Shown one piece after another: positions 9,062-19,439 of a stretch of 26,189 nt of DNA. Within the stretch, counting starts at the first letter, position 1; every line of letters begins with the position of its first letter. Source of the stretch: a virus (Duplodnaviria > Caudoviricetes); IMG/VR virus record IMGVR_UViG_3300005805_000415, positions 1 through 26,189 of that record. One strand, written 5' to 3'. The position numbers and the translations under genes are program-made. The notes under the pieces were generated by a model that was not told the origin of the DNA, did no database searches, and worked only from the letters and a program-made list of their open reading frames with translations.

Positions 9062-12000
9062 TGTCTACCACAGAAAAAACTATATCTAGTTTAATCAGCA
9101 TGCAGTTGCCTGACTTTGTCAGGAATGATTATCCCACATTCAAGAGATTCATAGAACTTTACTATGAATGGCTGGAAGATGAGAGTAAGGGAAATACTGT
9201 TTATCATATTATGAACTCAGAAAAGTATCGAGACATCGATCAAACTATAGATCCTTTCATTCGAATCTTCAAAAATGAACTACTACCATATTTCCCAGAA
9301 AAAACTGAATTAGATTTAGTTAAGATTTTGAAGGGGGCGCGAGAATTTTACATTAAAAAAGGTAGCGAAGAATCTTTAAAGTGGCTGTTTAGAGTTTTAT
9401 TCGCGCAAGAAATTGAAATATATTATCCAAAACAACAGATTCTTAAAGCATCTGATGGTAAATGGAAATTACCTAAAGCATTTCAATTAACTTTAAGTGC
9501 GGAAAATGAAAGTATAAATCCAAATTTATTAGAAAAACGTAAAGGTGTTGGTTCAGAATCTAAGGCTACATGCGTAGTTGAATCCGCAAATAAAACAATT
9601 GATCCGAATTTTGGTAATGAGATTTTAGAAATTTATGTTTCTAATGTATTTCGAGAATTCATCAATGGAGAGCAACTGGAGATAACATACACAGATGAAG
9701 ATGATGTTGAACAAGTGTTTTCGGAAAAAATCATTGGAGCGATTTCAAGCATAAGAATCGATTCCACAATCAGAACAGATCCTCAGCAAATTCGTCGTGG
9801 ATTATCTTACAACGTGGGCGATCCAGTTATAGTTTTTGGTGGTTTGGATAGCACAGCAGAAGCAGTGGATGCAATAGCCTATGTTGGTAACGTGTCGTTT
9901 GGTTCTGTTGAAGGTATTAATCCTGTATTTCCTGGATATGGTTATAGAACATACACAAACTCAATTTCAACAATCTATAGAAGCGAAGGCGATGATCCAG
10001 CTGCCAATAGTTCAACTGACGTTCGTGTAGTTGGATTAAACACCACAAATGTTGCAACAAACAGCCAAGCCACTTTCCTAGAAGTCATTTCTGTGGATAA
10101 GATGCCAATTGATTATTTGCTCACAGAAGTGATTGGTGGTGATGACGCGACTGAAGGCTCTCCATACGGCTATCAAGAATATGAAGTCTTCACCTCAAAC
10201 AATAGAAACATCGTGCTCAATCTAACAGAGCAAGATGATGACGATCCTTACATAAATTTTGAGAGAGTGTATGCAAATTCTAGCAGTGGGTATGCGAGCG
10301 CGAACTTTAAGGCTAGAATTGCAACATCCAATTCTTCTGGATTTGGACAAGGCGTTTCTGCATACACAGGTGATTTGTTATTGTATAATGTACAGTTGAG
10401 TAATGCAGCAGGTAACATTGTATTTTCAGCTGCAAATTTAACTAATGTTTTGGGTGGCGTTACAGAAGTTTATTGCGAAGATTCCAACAAGGTATTTGAT
10501 TTCAACTCAATAACCTCCAACGACGTTAGAGCGAATGCCAATTCAAAAATTATTCAGACTCTAAACTACGAAGATATTGAGACTGGTGGGATAGCGTTGT
10601 TCAACGTATTAGATGGTGGTGCTGGATTTAGATCTACACCGACCATCACTGTGTCAACTTATTTCGACACATATTTGTCTGAGGCAGAAAAAGTTTCTTT
10701 AGTAGAAAACGATGGGTTTTTGGAAGATTCAGGTTACATAGAATCTAGACAACCAATCAGTTCTTTCGGTCAAATTGCTCACGTGTACATTAACAACCCA
10801 GGAACTGGTTATGCCAATGGAGACTCAATCGTAGTTGGCGATCGAGGCTACGGATTCGTCGGATTTGTAAATGTTAATGCAACAGGATCAATTACCAGAA
10901 CTACCATCACCAATCGCGGCGAAGGTTACTATGGCAATAAAACAGTAACTGTCACAACTTCAGGTGGATCCAACGCTTCGTTGACTGCATATGGATTCGG
11001 CGAGGGTGTTGTCAACGCAGTAGAAACAGGAGCGATTGGTCGTATTCGCGACATTCGAGTTGTGTCAAGAGGATTTGATTACATCTCAACACCTATCGTA
11101 TCACTGAAAGTTGTTGACATGGTAATCAATGCAATTGATGAGGGGGAAACACTTAGCGAAGGTGAGAGAGTCTATCAAGGAAACAGTTTAGATACTGCGA
11201 TCTTTCAAGGAATCGTCAAGAGTTATAATAGAACCACAAACACTCTGAGATTATTTAATTATTCTGGTTCATCGTTTACCAACTTCAATAGAACTCTGCC
11301 ATTCACCAGCGAAGGTGGTGTGGTATTTACAATTGATCTTGAGCAAACCGTAATTGCCCCTGAACAGTATTCAGCTGATGCCCAGCTTGCAGGTCTACCA
11401 AATCCATATTTCTATGGTAACGGTAAAGCTCGTGCTGTCGCTGAGTTCTTCAACGGATTAATTAAGTATCCAGGATTTTATATAAACACAGATGGATTCC
11501 CAAGTGCAGATAAAAAATTACAAGACGATAAGATTTACCACAACTATTCATATATTATTGAATCTGGTAAATCAATTAGTGAATATAAAAATGTGATAAG
11601 AGACATTGTGCATCCAATTGGAATGTCTATGTTGAGTAGATTTGTTGCGGAGAATAAAGTCGAAAATAATTCTAAATCAAACACAGTAATCTACTTAAAT
11701 CTAAGAAATGCAAACAACTCTCAAATAAATGTTGAGGTTTCTACTGGAAATACAATTACAGGTATCAACACAGAATTCACTAACGTAACCTTCCAAGCTG
11801 ATGTCAGCGACATGGTCATTTTAAAAGATTCAGTCCATCCATTGCGCGGTTTCGCAAAGATCATCACATCGGTAAACAGCGATACTGAACTTGAAGTTGA
11901 GAGCGACTTTACCTACATCGGACAAGGTAAGATCAAAACAAATACCGAATACAGTGCAGTAACTGGAACAGCATCGTTGAACCCAGCTGTCACTGGAACA

Positions 12001-13050
12001 GTAGAAGTCAACTCAGATATAAATGGAACGATGAATGTTATCAGATCTAGCAACGCAGTGTTTGGTAACACTGCAGTTCCATCCAATACTGCATTTACAA
12101 CTGATCTAGATGTTGGAGACATCATTACCATCAACAATCAGACTAGACAAGTTATTGTGATTGCAAACGACTACTATTTGGAAGTCAATTCAGCCTTTAG
12201 ATTTAGCGGTAACGATAACGTCGCTTATCTATCTAGCAACTTGATTACAGGATCAGGAACTAATTTCAATCCTGAAGTTTCGGTTGGAGATATCGTGACG
12301 GTAAATGGCGAAATCCGCGAAGTTATGGTAAGAAACTCAGACACCTCGCTAGTGGTGAACACTCCATTTAATTATTTCGTCACTGGCGCATCGCTATACG
12401 TCTCGAATACCATCGTTCTTGGTTCTGGAACCAATTTCAATCCTCAAGTAAATGCTGGCGATATCATCAAGATTAACAATGAAATTCGAAGAGTTGTAAC
12501 TGTAACAGACGATACACATATAACCGTAAACGCTGCATTCGTCTATAACTCTACTGGACAAACCATAAATAAGTTGAGTAACACTACAGTTACAATTTTT
12601 GGTAATACCAACTCTGTATTTGACTTTATTGCTAGCGGAGATCAGATTAGTTTCAATATAGCCACTGCGAATGTGTTTTTGGCTCAAACTGGAACTGTGC
12701 AGATCTTCAGCTCAAACGGAAAGGTGGTTGGAACATCAACTTCCTTCAGTACTCAGTTGGCAGTCAATGACATTATTAAGATAAATAATGAGGTTAAGAA
12801 AGTTGTCAATATAGCCAGTGCAACAGTAATGAACGTAAACTCGGCATTCGATGACGCTTCAACTGGAGAGCTGTTGTACAAATTAGCCACAACAGTAAAC
12901 GCTAATGTACAATTTGGTATTGGACTAGAATCAGGAAACGTCTTGGCAACCGACCTAGTAACCGAAGCAAATCTATCTGGAGTTGTATATAAGGTGATAC
13001 CAGATTATACCGCAGATTATGATTATGAAATTATAACCGTAACGGACTAA
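9061..13050 (+). CDS. gp7: Baseplate wedge initiator gp7-like, with repeat-expanded C-terminus
   Basis: 1329 aa between gp6 and gp8. QLPDFVRNDYPTFKRFIELYYEWLE, FYIKKGSEESLKWLFRVLF, YPKQQILKASDGKW, and KLQDDKIYHNYSYII...VHPIGM. Confidence 0.85.
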   Translation: MSTTEKTISSLISMQLPDFVRNDYPTFKRFIELYYEWLEDESKGNTVYHIMNSEKYRDIDQTIDPFIRIFKNELLPYFPEKTELDLVKILKGAREFYIKKGSEESLKWLFRVLFAQEIEIYYPKQQILKASDGKWKLPKAFQLTLSAENESINPNLLEKRKGVGSESKATCVVESANKTIDPNFGNEILEIYVSNVFREFINGEQLEITYTDEDDVEQVFSEKIIGAISSIRIDSTIRTDPQQIRRGLSYNVGDPVIVFGGLDSTAEAVDAIAYVGNVSFGSVEGINPVFPGYGYRTYTNSISTIYRSEGDDPAANSSTDVRVVGLNTTNVATNSQATFLEVISVDKMPIDYLLTEVIGGDDATEGSPYGYQEYEVFTSNNRNIVLNLTEQDDDDPYINFERVYANSSSGYASANFKARIATSNSSGFGQGVSAYTGDLLLYNVQLSNAAGNIVFSAANLTNVLGGVTEVYCEDSNKVFDFNSITSNDVRANANSKIIQTLNYEDIETGGIALFNVLDGGAGFRSTPTITVSTYFDTYLSEAEKVSLVENDGFLEDSGYIESRQPISSFGQIAHVYINNPGTGYANGDSIVVGDRGYGFVGFVNVNATGSITRTTITNRGEGYYGNKTVTVTTSGGSNASLTAYGFGEGVVNAVETGAIGRIRDIRVVSRGFDYISTPIVSLKVVDMVINAIDEGETLSEGERVYQGNSLDTAIFQGIVKSYNRTTNTLRLFNYSGSSFTNFNRTLPFTSEGGVVFTIDLEQTVIAPEQYSADAQLAGLPNPYFYGNGKARAVAEFFNGLIKYPGFYINTDGFPSADKKLQDDKIYHNYSYIIESGKSISEYKNVIRDIVHPIGMSMLSRFVAENKVENNSKSNTVIYLNLRNANNSQINVEVSTGNTITGINTEFTNVTFQADVSDMVILKDSVHPLRGFAKIITSVNSDTELEVESDFTYIGQGKIKTNTEYSAVTGTASLNPAVTGTVEVNSDINGTMNVIRSSNAVFGNTAVPSNTAFTTDLDVGDIITINNQTRQVIVIANDYYLEVNSAFRFSGNDNVAYLSSNLITGSGTNFNPEVSVGDIVTVNGEIREVMVRNSDTSLVVNTPFNYFVTGASLYVSNTIVLGSGTNFNPQVNAGDIIKINNEIRRVVTVTDDTHITVNAAFVYNSTGQTINKLSNTTVTIFGNTNSVFDFIASGDQISFNIATANVFLAQTGTVQIFSSNGKVVGTSTSFSTQLAVNDIIKINNEVKKVVNIASATVMNVNSAFDDASTGELLYKLATTVNANVQFGIGLESGNVLATDLVTEANLSGVVYKVIPDYTADYDYEIITVTD
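12058..12855 (+). repeat. Tandem beta-rich protein repeats of about 57 aa in gp7
   Basis: At least four copies of G.GT.F...(V/L)..GDI(I/V).(I/V)N.E.R.V......L.VN.(A/P)F, starting near 12058, 12241, 12412 and 12724. The middle two are 171 nt apart. Confidence 0.85.
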
Positions 13051-13052
13051 AA

Positions 13053-14876
13053 ATGAATTCAATATTAACTCAATTTTTCAAGTACCAATTAGCAGAGAAA
13101 ATTAAGAGTAATCTTTTCTCAGCTGGATCTAACACCTATATCGCAATAGGACGTCCGATTCGTTGGGGCGACGATAACACAGAAACAAGTAACGAGATAG
13201 AGTCTCCAGTACTAACTACAAATTATAAAAATCAGTTATACAGAGACATGGTTGCGATTAAAAAGATACAAACAGCTGATATGGCGCTGGTTGTTCCTCG
13301 AGTAAATTGGAATTCAGGGGTCAAATATGATATGTATCAAGATCATGATGAGTTATTCTCGCACAATCAAAAACTAAATCTTGGCACCGTAAACGCAAAT
13401 TCAAATGTTACTTTGACTGGAAGAGTTAATGTTAGCGCAAACATTGTAGTTGGTAACACCACAGGCTCAAATGCAACTTACTTTAGCGGGAATCTGTTTA
13501 TTGGGGACGTGATTAGTGTTAACAATCAGTCTCGTTCAGTTGTAAATGTAACCAACAACAATCACTTAGTGGTTAATGCAGCATTTACATATTCTGGGAC
13601 TGATAACACCATTATTGCTCTTGCCAATTCTTTGGTTGTTAGATCTAATAGCGCAATATTTACTGGTAATCTAGAAGTTTCTAATGTAATACAAATTGGA
13701 ACTGAGACTAAGGAAGTAGTTGGTGTTTTGGGAAACTATACAGTTTCTATTAACACTGCACTTCAATACTCATATTCTAGCAACGTAAATTTAATCAAGA
13801 TTAGTAACACCTATCCCAAGTTTGCGAATAACTATTATGTTAGAAATTCTAGAGATCAAGTATTCAAATGTTTGGACAATGGCAATGTAAGCTCTACTAT
13901 TGAACCCACCATTGATATCGATGGGCAACTTCCAGAAAATCCTTATATTTTAACTGGTGACGGATACAAATGGAAGTATCTGTATACAATTCCATATGGG
14001 CTAAAACAAAAGTTCTTCACATCTACTTGGATGCCAGTTATAAAAGATAATGCAGTCACTGCAGGATCTGTAGATGGTAGAATAGATATAATTCGAATCT
14101 TAAATGGTGGAACTGGTTATTATACCGTGGGCGAGTCAGGAAGTAGTAATAGTCTACCGATCATCACAATTACTGGTGATGGAACTGGTGCGAATGTAAC
14201 TGCTAAAGTTCAAAGCGGGGTAATCACTGATTTAAACATATTAAATGGTGGTGCTGGATATACAACAGCAGGGGTTATTGTTACAGATGAAGATCAATCT
14301 GTAACAGGTAACGCAGCTTCCTTTGATGTTGTTATCGGACCATATGGTGGTCATGGATCAGATCCAGCCAGAGAACTTGGTTGCTATTCTGTTATGATCA
14401 CCGTAGAATTGGATGGTACGGAAAATGATCTAATTCCTGTCAGTTCTGCTTCTGGGGAATTTGATTTCAGACAGATTAGTGTTCTCAGAGATCCTTTGTT
14501 AGCAAACGGGTACTATGCTAACGCTTCAGTTTATTCCGCGACAACTGTAGTTACTACCACTGACCCAGGAGTAACTAACTTCTCAAATGATGAAACTGTA
14601 TACTTGGGCACATCATTAGCAGAAGCCACATACACCGCCACAGTGGTTTATTGGAATCCTTCTACCAATGAATTGTACCTAAATAACATCAATGGCGAAT
14701 TGTCATCTGGTCAAACTTTAAGAGGATCATTCTCAGCTGCAGTTGCAACTGCGCTTTCTATTCGAGAACCTGAAATTGAGATGTTTTCTGGAGATGTACT
14801 ATATATTGAAAACAGAGCAAAAATTATTCGTGATGTTGACCAATCGGAACAAATCAGACTAATTCTATCATTTTAG
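13053..14876 (+). CDS. gp8: Baseplate wedge subunit gp8
   Basis: 607 aa. YIAIGRP..W, M.AIKKI, VVPRVNWNSG..YDMY, VFKCLDN, DGYKWKYLYTIP, GGHGSDPARELG, DFRQI, and SGDVLYIENR..I.R...Q.E.I.LIL.F. Confidence 0.93.
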   Translation: MNSILTQFFKYQLAEKIKSNLFSAGSNTYIAIGRPIRWGDDNTETSNEIESPVLTTNYKNQLYRDMVAIKKIQTADMALVVPRVNWNSGVKYDMYQDHDELFSHNQKLNLGTVNANSNVTLTGRVNVSANIVVGNTTGSNATYFSGNLFIGDVISVNNQSRSVVNVTNNNHLVVNAAFTYSGTDNTIIALANSLVVRSNSAIFTGNLEVSNVIQIGTETKEVVGVLGNYTVSINTALQYSYSSNVNLIKISNTYPKFANNYYVRNSRDQVFKCLDNGNVSSTIEPTIDIDGQLPENPYILTGDGYKWKYLYTIPYGLKQKFFTSTWMPVIKDNAVTAGSVDGRIDIIRILNGGTGYYTVGESGSSNSLPIITITGDGTGANVTAKVQSGVITDLNILNGGAGYTTAGVIVTDEDQSVTGNAASFDVVIGPYGGHGSDPARELGCYSVMITVELDGTENDLIPVSSASGEFDFRQISVLRDPLLANGYYANASVYSATTVVTTTDPGVTNFSNDETVYLGTSLAEATYTATVVYWNPSTNELYLNNINGELSSGQTLRGSFSAAVATALSIREPEIEMFSGDVLYIENRAKIIRDVDQSEQIRLILSF

Positions 14877-14886
14877 TAGGTAGCAA

Positions 14887-17800
14887 ATGGAATTTAACGT
14901 AGATCCGTATTATGATGATTTTGAGCAAAACGCTAAAGAAAATAATTATCTAAAGATTTTATTTAAGCCTGGGGCATCGGTTCAGGCTCGCGAACTAACT
15001 CAAATTCAATCTATTCTACAAAATCAAATCAAGTCTTTGAGCGATCACATTTTCCAAGACGGTTCTCCAGTTATCGGTGGTAATCTAACTCTTGACAACA
15101 AGATAACTTATCTAAAACTAGACGATACCTTCAATAATGAAGACATTGAACTTGATTTGTTTAATGGGAAGGTCATTATTCGCGACTCAGATAGTTTGGT
15201 TCAAGCTAAGGTTTTGGCTACATATTTCCCTGCTGGTGGATCACCAACTTTGATGGTTAAGTATGTTAGTGGTGTTGAATTTGATGATGGCGATGTTTTT
15301 AGAGTGGCAGGAACAATTACCAAGGCTAAGTGTGTTGATAGTCAGGCTTCTGGTAAGGGAACTGTAGTTTCTATCAACGAGGGTATCTTTTATGTTGATG
15401 GATACTTTATTCAGGTTGGTGAACAAACCACTGTTGTAAGCGCATACTCTCAGACTGCGAATGCTAAAATTGGTCTAGAAATTTCTGATGAAATTGTTGA
15501 TAGCGTAGTCGATTCTACATTACTAGATCCAGCGCAACAATCATTTAACTACCAAGCTCCTGGTGCAGATCGTTATCAGTTTAATCTGACTCTAAGCACC
15601 AGACCGTTGGATACCGCGATTGATGAATCCTCTTTCTTCGAACTAATGCGAATTGAAAGTGGTGCGATCACAAAGCAGGTCAAGTATCCAATCTATTCAG
15701 AAATCGAAAAGACTTTGGCTCGCCGTACCTTTGATGAATCTGGCGATTACACCGTAACACCTTTCCGCGCATCAGTTTCGAAGTCTCAAGATGCTAATAA
15801 TTACATCATCAACATTGAACCTGGTAAAGCATACGTCAAGGGATTTGAATTTGAAACTCTTGGCACATTCAAGATGGAAGTACCAAAACCAAGAGGAGCA
15901 TCAGATCAAAAGTCTGTAATTGATCTTGATTTCGACACCTCTTATGGTAACTACATTAAAGTTAGAGATGTGTATGGTTCAGCAAACGGAAACTCATTCC
16001 TAGATGTTGTCAGTCTAGAAAAAGTTGATCTACACTGCGTAGATTCTGCTAGTGTTAATGTTGGTATAACCAGCCCCTTAACTGGTGCAGTTGTCGGCGC
16101 AGCCGCTGATTTCGCAGCATACGCAAACACTAAAATTGGAACTGCGAGAGTACGTGCAATTAAGAGAGATACCCCATCTGGTAATACTGCAGCAGATAGT
16201 CAAGGTGTATATAATTTTTATCTGACTGATGTTGATGTGAGACCAAAAACTATTCGTATGAATGTTGCGAGCGGACTCACATCAACTACCATTAACTTAA
16301 CATCAAATGCATCTAGAAAAGATAACGCATACCAAAACGTCACGATCACAGTATTACCTATTCTATTAAACAATGTTGCGAATGTGTCAACAGCCGATCT
16401 ATATGCGAATGGATATATTTTCGCGAACAGTGCTGTAAGTAGCACTTTCGCTTCACCAAACGTATCTGTTGGTGACATCATCCGCATAGAAGATTATGTT
16501 CGACAGGTAGTTCGCGTGTCGAATGATTATCTAGTCGTCAATAGTGGATTTCAAGCAAACATTACTGGAAGAGATCTACAGGTATTTGTTCAATCCCCAT
16601 ACACATCAAATGTAACTGGTCAAACTAGAAAGATTATTAGTTATGTTGGTGCAACTCAGATCGCAACTCTAGATCGACCATTTGATGAAGGTTCTGTTCC
16701 AACTAGAAACAATGTCGTGCAACTAAACTTTGCATTGAAGGATCTAGAATCCTTAATGGAAGCCAACGTATCAGTTCCAGTTGTAAACGTCCACGCTAAT
16801 GTTTCTGTACAGTCTAAGTTGATTGATGGAGAAACTGTGCTCTTTGAGAATGATGATAAGACTCTAATCTATCGTCTACCAAAGAACTATGTGAAGAGAG
16901 GCAGTTTAGATAACATCGACTATAATCATATCAAGTATGTACAAAAAGCAGTTGACGTCGGTGCTCCTGGTGTGTTCACAGTCTCTCTTGAATCTTATGA
17001 AACGATTCCTTGGTCTGTTACCAACTCAAACATTCAAGATAATCTAATTTGCATACCAAGAAATCACTCAACACCAGCTTCTGGTGAACCAGCGAACGGA
17101 GAAGTCATCACACTAACAACCGCGAATGTTTCTGAAGTTGTCGGTGGTCTTGAAATTGACACTGGACTAACCACTCTAAACGATCTTGATATTTTAGTCA
17201 CCACTAAAGTGAATGACGCCGAAGGTAATGTTCGTAGTAAGACATACAGAAGCAACACAACCTACACATTATCTCCGTTCAACTACCCAAGCGTATCTGA
17301 TGTGAACATTGATCACACAGTTACCATGCCTGCATATGGTGATGCAGTCAAGATTAACGTGGCTCATGGATTGGTATTCGTTACCGAAGCAAATGTAACA
17401 AATATCTTCCCTGGAGATTCAATTAATCTATTTGTCCCAGATGTAGTTCAAGTTCGTAGAATTCTAAGTGGAAACACAACTATTCACGCTAACTCAACTG
17501 TGTACACAGATATAACTGATCACTTCTTAATTGATTATGGGCAGAAAGATGATATTTATGATCATGCTAAGTTAATTTTGAAGCAGGGCTACCCATCACC
17601 AAATGCAAAACTAACTGTGCATTTGGACTTCTTCCAGCATACATACCCAGCTGGAGCAACCTTCTTCTCTGTTGACTCGTATAATTCGACATTAGATGAT
17701 GCTGGAGAGATTCCAGTTTATTATTCATCTAAGAATGGTGTATTTGTATTGAGAGATTGTTTGGACTTCAGACCAACCAAGAGAATTGGAACATTGGATA

Positions 17801-19428
17801 CCATTGACACTGGTCTATTACCAGCTCCAGATGCATCCACAGAACTTTCGTTTGATTATTATCTGCCAAGAATTGATAAGTTGGTTGTGAGCAAGACCAA
17901 AGAATTTAGAATCATTCAAGGTGTTTCTGCGCCAAAACCAGTCGCGCCGCCAGATGATGATGACTCAATGACACTGTATGTCATCTACCTACCTCCATAT
18001 GTTAATAGCATTAATGATATTCGCTTGAAATATGTTGAGAACAAGCGTTACACTATGAGAGACATTGCCAAGATCGACAAACGTGTTGATCGCGTTGAAT
18101 ACTATACAGCACTAAACTCAATTGAAAATAAAGCACTTGATGATACATCGCAATATGAAGATGGAACAGAGAAAGAGAAGTTTGGAATTATTGGCGAAAA
18201 CTTCCGCAACTTTAACATTGCAGATTATCGCAATCCAGACTTTAACTGCAGTATGGTGAGAAATGCATTAACACCATTCTTTAAGAATAAGGTGCTGGGA
18301 ACTAAATTGGTTGGTACAGATTCAGCTAGAGAAAATCAAAGAACTATCACACTCGACTACACCGAAACTCCTGCTGTGAAACAAGAAATCGCCAGCGATA
18401 AGAAAATTACAGTCCAACCATTCTTGTTTGGTACATTTATCGGAGATTTGAGAATTACGCCAGAAGTGGACTACTGGATTTCTACCGAATTAAAACCAGA
18501 AATTATACAAGAACCAGAATATACTCCTGAAGTTGCACCAGAGGCAGTTAAAGAAATCACAAACACCATGGTAATAGTTGAGCGAGTTAAGGATAGACTG
18601 GTGATCGTGACTGTTCCTGAGTGCGCTGTGAACAATTCTCCAGCTCTAATTGAAGTTCCTAGAACTGACCCACCACCAAAACGTCAGGAAGATGACAGAC
18701 CAGTTGGTAGAAATAGACCACCGCCAGTTGTTCCTGATGAGCCATCTTCATCAAGAAAGGCAATATTGCTGGATCCAGATCCTCAAAATGAATCTGTTCC
18801 TGATATTTTGGCACCATTCTTCATCCCAGCTGCAGCTGACTTTGAGCAACATCCATACGAACCACCTCCACCTGAATCAGATATTGAATCTACCATTGGA
18901 ACATCGCGTTTGGTTGCTTCCACAACATCTAAGAAAACATTCAGCGGTGGGTGTGTTGCGCTAGAAAGTTATGTGCCTATGATTGATGACAATATGGTGA
19001 ACAATGGTCCTGTAACACAAGCGTATCAATTAAATCGTACGCATAAGTTAATGTTATGCAATCTAGAAGAACTGAATAACATTGTTGGAACTGTTAAAGA
19101 TGCGTTTATTGATTATCAAGTTTGCCATAGATTGGTAACTGAATCTGGAGCATCGCTAGTTTGCTCAGACACAGCACCAATACCTACGTTAAATAATGGT
19201 ATCAAGAAACCACCAGAATTGGTTGGAGAAATGATACCAGTGTTGCGCAGCGGTGCAATTATTTGGGAAAGAGTAGTTTCTAATGAAAATGTTGGATATA
19301 AATTTGTAAGAGTTATTGATGCCCACGATAATTACTTCTGGGCTGGTGAAACTTCAGACGCATATATTCTACACCATAACATTACAAGTAAGTTCAAAGT
19401 CGCAGATATAAGTTACGAAAAAGATTAA
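14887..19428 (+). CDS. VrlC/DUF4815-like virion structural protein, N-terminal half, with C-terminal Hint domain
   Basis: 1513 aa. FNVDPYYDDF, ILFKPGASVQARELTQIQSILQNQI, APGADR, LARRTFDESGDY.V.PF, PGKAYVKGFE, LRDCLDFRP, YYLPRID and NKRYTMRDI.KI.KR...VEYYT.L are characteristic of the large structural protein that follows gp8 in T4-like marine and freshwater phages. Confidence 0.85.
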   Translation: MEFNVDPYYDDFEQNAKENNYLKILFKPGASVQARELTQIQSILQNQIKSLSDHIFQDGSPVIGGNLTLDNKITYLKLDDTFNNEDIELDLFNGKVIIRDSDSLVQAKVLATYFPAGGSPTLMVKYVSGVEFDDGDVFRVAGTITKAKCVDSQASGKGTVVSINEGIFYVDGYFIQVGEQTTVVSAYSQTANAKIGLEISDEIVDSVVDSTLLDPAQQSFNYQAPGADRYQFNLTLSTRPLDTAIDESSFFELMRIESGAITKQVKYPIYSEIEKTLARRTFDESGDYTVTPFRASVSKSQDANNYIINIEPGKAYVKGFEFETLGTFKMEVPKPRGASDQKSVIDLDFDTSYGNYIKVRDVYGSANGNSFLDVVSLEKVDLHCVDSASVNVGITSPLTGAVVGAAADFAAYANTKIGTARVRAIKRDTPSGNTAADSQGVYNFYLTDVDVRPKTIRMNVASGLTSTTINLTSNASRKDNAYQNVTITVLPILLNNVANVSTADLYANGYIFANSAVSSTFASPNVSVGDIIRIEDYVRQVVRVSNDYLVVNSGFQANITGRDLQVFVQSPYTSNVTGQTRKIISYVGATQIATLDRPFDEGSVPTRNNVVQLNFALKDLESLMEANVSVPVVNVHANVSVQSKLIDGETVLFENDDKTLIYRLPKNYVKRGSLDNIDYNHIKYVQKAVDVGAPGVFTVSLESYETIPWSVTNSNIQDNLICIPRNHSTPASGEPANGEVITLTTANVSEVVGGLEIDTGLTTLNDLDILVTTKVNDAEGNVRSKTYRSNTTYTLSPFNYPSVSDVNIDHTVTMPAYGDAVKINVAHGLVFVTEANVTNIFPGDSINLFVPDVVQVRRILSGNTTIHANSTVYTDITDHFLIDYGQKDDIYDHAKLILKQGYPSPNAKLTVHLDFFQHTYPAGATFFSVDSYNSTLDDAGEIPVYYSSKNGVFVLRDCLDFRPTKRIGTLDTIDTGLLPAPDASTELSFDYYLPRIDKLVVSKTKEFRIIQGVSAPKPVAPPDDDDSMTLYVIYLPPYVNSINDIRLKYVENKRYTMRDIAKIDKRVDRVEYYTALNSIENKALDDTSQYEDGTEKEKFGIIGENFRNFNIADYRNPDFNCSMVRNALTPFFKNKVLGTKLVGTDSARENQRTITLDYTETPAVKQEIASDKKITVQPFLFGTFIGDLRITPEVDYWISTELKPEIIQEPEYTPEVAPEAVKEITNTMVIVERVKDRLVIVTVPECAVNNSPALIEVPRTDPPPKRQEDDRPVGRNRPPPVVPDEPSSSRKAILLDPDPQNESVPDILAPFFIPAAADFEQHPYEPPPPESDIESTIGTSRLVASTTSKKTFSGGCVALESYVPMIDDNMVNNGPVTQAYQLNRTHKLMLCNLEELNNIVGTVKDAFIDYQVCHRLVTESGASLVCSDTAPIPTLNNGIKKPPELVGEMIPVLRSGAIIWERVVSNENVGYKFVRVIDAHDNYFWAGETSDAYILHHNITSKFKVADISYEKD
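18952..19380 (+). other. Hint (intein-like, endonuclease-free) domain, 143 aa, residues 1356-1498 of the 1513-aa ORF
   Basis: Starts at Cys after SGG (CVALESYV, block A-like). Block B-like RLVTESGASLVCSDTAPIPT, then WERVVS.ENVG, block F-like VRVIDAHDNYFWAG, and terminal ILHHN. Only 15 aa follow. Confidence 0.85.
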
Positions 19429-19439
19429 GGGTAATTGAA

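Noticed and set aside
121-14876. Bacterial T6SS, eCIS or tailocin locus
   Set aside because: The gp4 head-completion gene, TATAAATA late promoters and T4-type gp53/gp5/gp25/gp6/gp7/gp8 order indicate a T4-like phage.
18650-18964. 104-aa +1-frame ORF over the Pro-rich linker, ending just after the Hint start
   Set aside because: It has a TTG start, a His/Leu/Gln composition expected from shifted Pro/Asp/Glu codons, and is not in the frame of the downstream gene.
18952-19380. Canonical mobile intein or self-splicing intron interrupting the VrlC-like gene
   Set aside because: No homing endonuclease, Ile at +1, only a 15-aa C-extein, and no group I/II intron features that I could recognise.
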